Shown here: piece after piece, positions 16,681-22,155 of the stretch | Layout: each line of letters opens with the position of its first letter | Numbering within the stretch: position 1 is the stretch's first letter | Program-made: the position numbers and the translations under genes | Origin: Abditibacteriaceae bacterium | GTDB taxonomy: Bacteria > Armatimonadota > Abditibacteriia > Abditibacteriales > Abditibacteriaceae | DNA length: 22,155 nucleotides | Assembly (NCBI GenBank): GCA_031425655.1 | Contig: JANPJS010000065.1 | Coordinates: 1-22,155 of the forward strand | Reading direction: 5' to 3' | The notes under the pieces: model-generated | Told to the model about the DNA's origin: nothing | Database searches by the model: none | The model's input: the letters and a program-made list of their open reading frames with translations, nothing else

Positions 16681-17670
16681 ATGCTTCGTTTTGCCCTCGT
16701 CGGCGCCGGAAATCTTGGCACAGCGCACGCGCGCTATCTCAGCGAAAATCCCGACGCCGAGTTAGTCGCGGTGTGCGACGTGCTGCCCGAAAAAGCCGCT
16801 GCGTTGGCCGCGAAACATGGCGCGAAATCGTTTTCGAGCGTGCCAGAGATGCTCGAAAGCGCCGATATTGACGTAGTTGATGTCACAACGGCGGGAGTGG
16901 AAAACGGCAGCCATCACTTTGAGCCTGTAATGCAGGCCATCGCAGCCGGCAAGCACGTTTTGTGCGAAAAACCCATTTCCAACGACATCGAACACGCGCG
17001 CCAAATGGTGCAAGCCGCGCGCGAAAAAGGCGTGGCTTTCGGCATTGACCTTAATCATCGCTTCACGCCCGCTGCGGAACGCTTGAAGCAAATGCAACTC
17101 GACGGTGCGCTTGGCGATTTGCTTTTCATCAACATGGCGCTGTGGCTCAACAATCCGAACGACCCGTCGGAATGGCATCACTTGCGTGCGTTGCATCCGC
17201 ATTCGATTGATGTGATGCGCTATTTTGGCGGGCCGATTGAAAAAGTGCATTGTTTTATGCTCAAAGCGCCGGGTCGCGCGACAATGTGGAGCACGTTTCA
17301 GATGAATTTGCGCTTTGCGTCCGGCGCCGTCGGGCACCTGACGGGCAGCACCGATATGTCGTGGCACCATCCGATTGAACGCTGCGAAGTGGCCGGAACC
17401 GGCGGGCGCGCGATCATCGAAAACGTGTATCAGCGCCTCGAATGGATGCCGCGCGGCGATGGCGGAAAAATGGTGTGGGAAAACAACCTCTTCACAGGCA
17501 TGACCGAGTTCAACGACACGATCAAGCGGCGCATCGCGCGCTTTGTTGAACAAGTCGAATCCGGCGAAGCATTGGAAGCGTCCGGCGCCGATGGATTGGC
17601 CGCGCAGGAAGTCATCGAAGCTGCGATTCGTTCGCACCAAAGCGGCGCAGTGATTGATGTGTCGGGGTAA
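16681..17670 (+). CDS. Gfo/Idh/MocA family NAD(P)-dependent oxidoreductase
   Basis: Motifs FALVGAGNLG, AGKHVLCEKP, NHRF and HPHSID. Confidence 0.92.
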   Translation: MLRFALVGAGNLGTAHARYLSENPDAELVAVCDVLPEKAAALAAKHGAKSFSSVPEMLESADIDVVDVTTAGVENGSHHFEPVMQAIAAGKHVLCEKPISNDIEHARQMVQAAREKGVAFGIDLNHRFTPAAERLKQMQLDGALGDLLFINMALWLNNPNDPSEWHHLRALHPHSIDVMRYFGGPIEKVHCFMLKAPGRATMWSTFQMNLRFASGAVGHLTGSTDMSWHHPIERCEVAGTGGRAIIENVYQRLEWMPRGDGGKMVWENNLFTGMTEFNDTIKRRIARFVEQVESGEALEASGADGLAAQEVIEAAIRSHQSGAVIDVSG

Positions 17671-17673
17671 GAA

Positions 17674-17706
17674 CCCTCCCCCCAACCCCTCCCGTAGCAA
17701 GGGAGA
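17674..17706. repeat. Short REP-like C/G-rich element (CCCTCCCCCAACCCCTCCC-N7-GGGAG)
   Basis: Resembles the unit at 21925-21958. Its right arm coincides with the RBS of the next gene. Confidence 0.5.
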
Positions 17707-17713
17707 AATTTTC

Positions 17714-18970
17714 ATGGCATCAGCACAAAATTCCGCCGCACGCCGGCCCGCACCAAGCTCGCCTCCAAAGCGCCGCCGCTCGTCCGGCCCGCTCAAAATC
17801 GCCGACGCTTATCTTTTTTCGCAAGTCTTCGAGGCCACGATGCGCGGCTTGCTCTGGTTTGGCGGCTTATTGTTCATGGTCACGGTGGTGACGGCGCTGC
17901 GTAAAGGTATGTCGAACAGCCTCAGCATTGGCGCCATGATGCAAATGGTGGCTTATCAAACGCCGCGCATCGTTCTTTTCGCGCTGCCGATGTCGGTCTT
18001 ATTTGGCGTGGTGCAGGCGTTTACCGACCTTTCGACCGAAAGCGAAATTACGGCCTTGTCCGCCGGGGGCATGAGCCTGCCGCGAATGATGGCCGCGCCG
18101 CTGTGTTGGGGCGCGTTTTTAGCCGTCGTCGCCTTTATATTGCAAGAAACCGTGGTGCCCGCCTCGCAGATGCGCATGGATGCCGCGGCGCTCAGCAAGA
18201 TCGGCGGGACGGCTGGCAAGAAGTTTCAGTATGCCAACCCTCCTATCGGCAAAGGCCCGACCAAGCAATTTATTCAGGCTGAGCGCCTTGATTTACAATC
18301 CGGTGTGATGATAAAACCGCGCATCCTAATATTCAATGAATCGGGCGATGTCAGAGTGCGAATTGGGGCTGAGCGCGGGCAGTGGGATTTGAAATCCAAT
18401 CAATGGAAATTCATAAAAGGTTCAACGACCTATTATGGCCGTGGAATGTTCGGCGCGTGGGTTCAGAAAGGCTTCTCGAAATTCGATGTGGCGCAAAACG
18501 ATGTCGCGCAGGCGCCATCGCTGGGCACACTTTCGCGCAGCAACACCGATGCCCGCGCCGCTCTCGATGCCGACAACTACGAATACGTCTCCATCTGGCA
18601 GATTTTGGATTACCGCCGCGAAAAGCAGCAGGAAACGCTAACGGCCCGCACCCAAACCGACCGCGACGACGCAAATCAGCGCATCAAGAGTGCGACTTTC
18701 GGTATTCACGACAAAATCGCCACATCGCTCGTGGTGCTGGCGATGGTATTAGTCGGCGCGCCGCTGGGACTACGCCCACCGCGCGCTAAAGGGCAGGGCG
18801 GCGTGGCGATGGGCGTCAGCCTCGCGGTTTTGATTCTTTATTACGTCACTTGGACATGGTGCAGTGCGGTCGGCAAAAACGGGCAGGGCAACCCAGTAAT
18901 ATTCGCTTATTTTTCGCCTTTCATCACTTTTGCAACCGGGTTAATGTTGCTGGCGAAAAAGAGCCGGTGA
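17714..18970 (+). CDS. LptF/LptG family LPS export permease
   Basis: N-terminal TMs with D.YL and ALPMSVL, motif ESEITALSAGGMSL..M..P, periplasmic beta-rich domain, then H.K.A, GAPLG and C-terminal TMs. ATG 17714 follows a GGGAGA RBS. Confidence 0.9.
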   Translation: MASAQNSAARRPAPSSPPKRRRSSGPLKIADAYLFSQVFEATMRGLLWFGGLLFMVTVVTALRKGMSNSLSIGAMMQMVAYQTPRIVLFALPMSVLFGVVQAFTDLSTESEITALSAGGMSLPRMMAAPLCWGAFLAVVAFILQETVVPASQMRMDAAALSKIGGTAGKKFQYANPPIGKGPTKQFIQAERLDLQSGVMIKPRILIFNESGDVRVRIGAERGQWDLKSNQWKFIKGSTTYYGRGMFGAWVQKGFSKFDVAQNDVAQAPSLGTLSRSNTDARAALDADNYEYVSIWQILDYRREKQQETLTARTQTDRDDANQRIKSATFGIHDKIATSLVVLAMVLVGAPLGLRPPRAKGQGGVAMGVSLAVLILYYVTWTWCSAVGKNGQGNPVIFAYFSPFITFATGLMLLAKKSR

Positions 18971-18973
18971 TTC

Positions 18974-19071
18974 AAGTGCGAAGTGCGGAATGCGGAATGC
19001 GAAGTATTGAGTGCGCGGGCGCCCTCTGGGCATTCCGCATTCCGCATTCCGCATTCCGCACTCAATACTTC
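18974..19071. repeat. Tandem-heptamer palindrome (GAATGCG / CGCATTC) between convergent genes; likely bidirectional 3'-end structure
   Basis: aagtgcg aagtgcg gaatgcg gaatgcg ... cattc cgcattc cgcattc cgcattc cgcactc. Confidence 0.93.
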
Positions 19072-19559
19072 CAATCGTTGTGTTCAGCGTAGCTTAAAAC
19101 GCCGAGCAGACATTCGGGTGAAGGGCGACCGCGCGGGCCGCTGAGAAGCCATTGGCAGGAAATCAAACCTTCGGTATCTACGAGAACGACCGCCGGAGCC
19201 GTGTAAATTTTGTAATCGTCGCGGAGTGGCTGATTAACTTCGTAGAGACCGTAAGCCAGCCCGACCTCGCCGTCTTCGTCAATGAGCAGCGGCGGGCGGA
19301 TTTTGAACTGTTCGGCGAACTGCGCGTGTTCGGCGCGGCCACCGTTGACCAGAAAAACCAATTCGCAATTCATCATTTTGAAGATGTGCGAAAACGTGTC
19401 CCAGAGGGCGAACTCGCCCCGCGTCGTCGGTCAGAATTCGCCGCGACAGAAATGCAGAATCACCATTTTGCCGCCTTGCTCGCTGAGCTTCCACTGGCCG
19501 CCGCGCACGTCCGTCAGCGCGATTTCGGGCGCGCGGTCGCCGTTTTTCAAGGTAAACAT
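19062..19559 (-). CDS. Peroxiredoxin-like (AhpC/TSA, thioredoxin-fold) selenoprotein, 165 aa, Sec at codon 43
   Basis: GGAGG RBS (19569-19565) precedes ATG 19559. Reads MFTLKNGDRAPEIALTDVRGGQWKLSEQGGKMVILHFCRGEF-TGA-PTTRGEFALWDTFSHIFK and continues in frame into the listed 19376..19062 ORF (LLIDEDGEVGLAYGL, PAVVLVDTEGLI, GRPSPE). Confidence 0.88.
19405..19420 (-). promoter_or_regulatory. Putative bacterial SECIS hairpin
   Basis: mRNA GGGGCG-AGUU-CGCCCU. The loop starts 16 nt after the UGA (19433-19431) and has G at its second position. Confidence 0.65.
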
Positions 19560-19641
19560 TCAAGCCTCCGTAATTATTAAAGCCAATCTATCGCACGAGG
19601 TGGCTAAATCCCACCACGCGGGTAGACTGAAACTTCCTGTC

Positions 19642-19670
19642 TTGATATTGAATCGCTTGCCGGGTAGATT
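19642..19670 (+). promoter_or_regulatory. Sigma70-type promoter, probably giving a leaderless DUF309 transcript
   Basis: TTGATA-N17-TAGATT, followed 6 nt later by the GTG start at 19677. Confidence 0.55.
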
Positions 19671-19676
19671 CAAGGC

Positions 19677-20099
19677 GTGAAGCAATTGCCGTCGTTCGTG
19701 CGCGGCGGGGCAAAGGACGCGCCGCCGCAACTGCGTGAGTTCTGGGAATTATGGCAAAACGAAGAATTTTTCGCTTGTCACGAAGTTCTCGAAGAATTGT
19801 GGCGGCAAAGCGCAGAGCCGAAACGCCGGTTTTATAACGGCCTGATTCACGCCGCCGTGGCGATTTATCAGCATCGGCGCGGCAACCCGGTCGGCGCGGC
19901 GCGGCAATGGGTGCGGGCGCAAGTCAAATTGGCGCCGTTTGCGCCGGAATACGATGACGTAAACGTGGAATTGCTGCTGCGCGCCGTCGAAATGGAAATC
20001 GCGCCGTCGCTGCGGCGTTTAGATGAAAGTGAAGAGCGGCGATTAGAGATATTGCGCCGCGATTTGAGCCGGGAATTGAACGGTTCCGAAGGAGTTTGA
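19677..20099 (+). CDS. DUF309 domain-containing protein
   Basis: Motifs FFACHEVLEELW and GLIHAAVAIYQHRRGN. Confidence 0.9.
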   Translation: MKQLPSFVRGGAKDAPPQLREFWELWQNEEFFACHEVLEELWRQSAEPKRRFYNGLIHAAVAIYQHRRGNPVGAARQWVRAQVKLAPFAPEYDDVNVELLLRAVEMEIAPSLRRLDESEERRLEILRRDLSRELNGSEGV

Positions 20100-20105
20100 G
20101 ATTAC

Positions 20106-21785
20106 ATGGCGGATCAGTTAGTGGAAACAGCACCCGACGCGCGCTCGCAAAAGCGTTACGCGGCTTTGAAATTATCGGAAGACGGGCGTTTGGCGACTTT
20201 GGACGCCATGGGCGATGACCGGCGCGATTTAAACGCCGCCGAGCGCATCAAGTTGGAAAAACCCGGCCCCAAAGTGTGGGACGATGTCGTTTCGCGTTAC
20301 GCGGCGGGCGGCTTCGCTTCGATTGACGCCGACGATTTCGACCGCTTCAAATGGATCGGCGTTTATCAGCAGCGGCCCAAAGATGGCTATTTCATGCTGC
20401 GAATTAAACTACCGGGCGGGCAGGTCAGCAACGCGCAACTGCGCGTTTTGGCCGACATAACGCGCGATTATGCGCGCGGCGTGTCCGACATCACCACGCG
20501 CCAGACTTTGCAGATGCACTGGCTGACCATTGATATGTTCCCCGACATCATGGAGCGTCTGGGCACCGTCGGTTTGGGCGTGAAAGAAGGCTTTTTCGGC
20601 GCGTGCGGCGACATTTGCCGCAATATCGTGTCGTCGCCGATTGCCGGTCTGGATGCGGAAGCGGTCATTGACACGACGCCGCTGGTTCTCGAAGCCAACC
20701 GCTATTTTTCGGCGCATCCCGATTACGCCGATTTGCCGCGCAAATTCAAAGTTGGCATCTTCGGGCATCGCAGCGCCGGTCAGTGCGAGATCAACTGCGT
20801 GGCGTTTTACGGCGTGCGCCGCGCCGACGGCAGCGTCGGCTATGGCCTGATGGCGGGCGGTGGCCTTTCGACTGAGCCGCACATCGGCCAGGATTTGCAC
20901 GTCTTCGTGCAACCCGAACAAGTGATGGAAGTTTTGGAAGCGATCACGCGCACTTACCGCGATCACGGCTACCGCAAGAATCGCAAGCACGCGCGCCTGA
21001 AATTTCTCGTTGCCGATTGGGGCCGCGAAAAGTTCCGCGCCGAAATCGAAAAGCTCATCGGCTATGCGCTGCCGGACGCCGAAGCGCAGCCGCGCGTCAA
21101 GGGCTATGAAGACAAACTCGGCGTGTTTCCGCAAATGCAGGCCGGACTCAGCTTTGTCGGCGTTCCGGTCGTCGCCGGGCGCCTGACCGACGCGCAGATG
21201 TTCGCCATTGCTGACTTGGCGCAGGAGTTCGGCAGCGGCGACGTGCGTTTCACCGTGATGCAGAACTTTTATCTCATCAACGTGCCGAACGCGAAGATTT
21301 CAGAGCTTTTGGTGCGTTTGGATGACTTGGGATTTCCGGTCGAAGCCAGTCCGGTGCGGCGCGGCATTGTGGCTTGCACCGGCATCGAATTTTGCAATTT
21401 GGCCGTGACGGAAACCAAAGCCCGCGCCGCCAATCTGGTGCAGTTGCTCGACCGCGACGTGAAGTGGACGGACTCGGAATTTTTCCGCATTAACGTCAAC
21501 GGCTGCCCGAATTCGTGCGGTCAACACTGGATTGCCGACGTTGGCTTGCAGGGCTGCCAGAAGAAAGTTAACGGCGAAACTGTCGAGCTTTACGATGTGT
21601 TTTTGGGCGGCACATTAGGCACCGACGCGCGCTTTAATCGCCGCATCAAGCGCGTGCCCGCCGAGGAAGTTGCGCCCGCCATTCAGAAGCTGATGGGCAG
21701 TTACGAATTGAGCCGTCTCAGCGGCGAATCGTTCGCGGACTGGGTTTCGCGCCACAGCGATGAAGAACTCGAAGTGCTTTTTTAA
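20106..21785 (+). CDS. Ferredoxin-dependent sulfite (nitrite/sulfite family) reductase, siroheme-[4Fe-4S]
   Basis: Motifs GVYQQR, FMLRIKLPGG, ITTRQTLQMH, ACGDICRN, LPRKFK, CTGIEFC and GCPNSCG. AAGGAG RBS upstream. Confidence 0.93.
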   Translation: MADQLVETAPDARSQKRYAALKLSEDGRLATLDAMGDDRRDLNAAERIKLEKPGPKVWDDVVSRYAAGGFASIDADDFDRFKWIGVYQQRPKDGYFMLRIKLPGGQVSNAQLRVLADITRDYARGVSDITTRQTLQMHWLTIDMFPDIMERLGTVGLGVKEGFFGACGDICRNIVSSPIAGLDAEAVIDTTPLVLEANRYFSAHPDYADLPRKFKVGIFGHRSAGQCEINCVAFYGVRRADGSVGYGLMAGGGLSTEPHIGQDLHVFVQPEQVMEVLEAITRTYRDHGYRKNRKHARLKFLVADWGREKFRAEIEKLIGYALPDAEAQPRVKGYEDKLGVFPQMQAGLSFVGVPVVAGRLTDAQMFAIADLAQEFGSGDVRFTVMQNFYLINVPNAKISELLVRLDDLGFPVEASPVRRGIVACTGIEFCNLAVTETKARAANLVQLLDRDVKWTDSEFFRINVNGCPNSCGQHWIADVGLQGCQKKVNGETVELYDVFLGGTLGTDARFNRRIKRVPAEEVAPAIQKLMGSYELSRLSGESFADWVSRHSDEELEVLF

Positions 21786-21795
21786 AGCACAAAAC

Positions 21796-21841
21796 AAAAG
21801 AAAACGGGCTTGAGATTAATTTCTCAAGCCCGTTTTTCTTT
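21796..21841. terminator. Bidirectional intrinsic terminator
   Basis: Perfect 15-bp stem AAAACGGGCTTGAGA-ttaatt-TCTCAAGCCCGTTTT with flanking A and T tracts, just after the reductase stop. Confidence 0.92.
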
Positions 21842-21906
21842 GGACGACAGGCCTGCCGGCCCAGCCAAAACTTCTATTTAACCCAAGTTGCTACCTATCG
21901 TTTGAA

Positions 21907-22014
21907 GAGCGACTTCGTCGCTCCCGCCCCCATCCAACTTCCCCCGGAGGGGGAAGAGTGCGCTCTTCAGGGCAAAAATCCTTGAGAAAACGCGGCTCCT
22001 CCCCCTCCGGGGGA
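21907..22014. repeat. Cluster of GC-rich hairpins including an inverted REP-like doublet
   Basis: GAGCGAC-TTC-GTCGCTC (21907-21923), CTTCCCCC-GGA-GGGGGAAG (21938-21956) and TCCCCC-TCC-GGGGGA (22000-22014). 21940-21958 and 21996-22014 are reverse complements with 1 mismatch in 19. Confidence 0.75.
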
Positions 22015-22155
22015 CGGGCGCCCTTGTATGGTTGAGAATGTCGGTGGTGAGGCGTAAGCTGAGGATAAAGTCTGGGTGCCCTTGCTGCGGTCTTGGCCTT
22101 TTCAAAACTGACAGCCTCCCAGAGATCACTTGTTCCACTGGTCTCACCACCGATG

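Noticed and set aside
17654..17713. Upstream start for the LptF/G gene
   Set aside because: It overlaps the previous gene and translates the REP-like element. ATG 17714 has a proper SD.
16762..17796. 344-aa antisense ORF (also 3596-4432, 13736-14536, 12140-12883, 20409-21134 and similar)
   Set aside because: Shadow frames of well-supported genes in GC-rich DNA, with no recognisable motifs.
19062..19376. Stand-alone 104-aa ORF, or a pseudogene interpretation
   Set aside because: It lacks the active-site half. The upstream frame is intact, with one TGA exactly at the redox Cys plus a hairpin, which favours Sec recoding.
1361..20099. Genome-wide UGA reassignment (genetic code 4/25) as an explanation of the in-frame TGA
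   Set aside because: TGA serves as a normal stop for lpxB, lpxK, the LptF/G gene and DUF309, and no other long gene has an internal TGA.
21878..22154. Protein-coding gene at the right edge (21878-22150, or the alternative frame ending 21891)
   Set aside because: Neither translation resembles a known family and both run through palindromic repeats. A partial gene cannot be excluded but is unsupported.

Overview
GC-rich bacterial chromosomal window from an LPS-producing diderm; gene style is reminiscent of Armatimonadota/Abditibacteriota, which is an impression only. From left to right: (1) the 3' end of a probable IS701-family transposase, abutting a late lipid A operon (lpxB-msbA-waaA-lpxK-LpxL-family acyltransferase); (2) a ~1.2 kb accessory island with a MITE-like element and a decaying integron-type cassette array without integrase (ORF-less cassette, PIN-domain cassette, two attC-like sites); (3) a minus-strand run of glycogen debranching enzyme, a large secreted beta-sandwich repeat protein and a K+ channel; (4) a Gfo/Idh/MocA + TIM-barrel isomerase + Gfo/Idh/MocA cluster followed by an LptF/G permease; (5) a divergent pair: a peroxiredoxin-like gene, and DUF309 plus a ferredoxin-dependent sulfite reductase ending in a strong terminator. 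The best signal is a hidden selenoprotein missed by the ORF track (19559..19062, minus): an in-frame TGA at the redox-Cys position with a SECIS-like hairpin behind it, and a 3' UTR segment complementary to that hairpin. The second is a family of 'tandem-repeat palindromes' at many gene junctions, built from several different 7-10 nt units, some of them translated into essential proteins.
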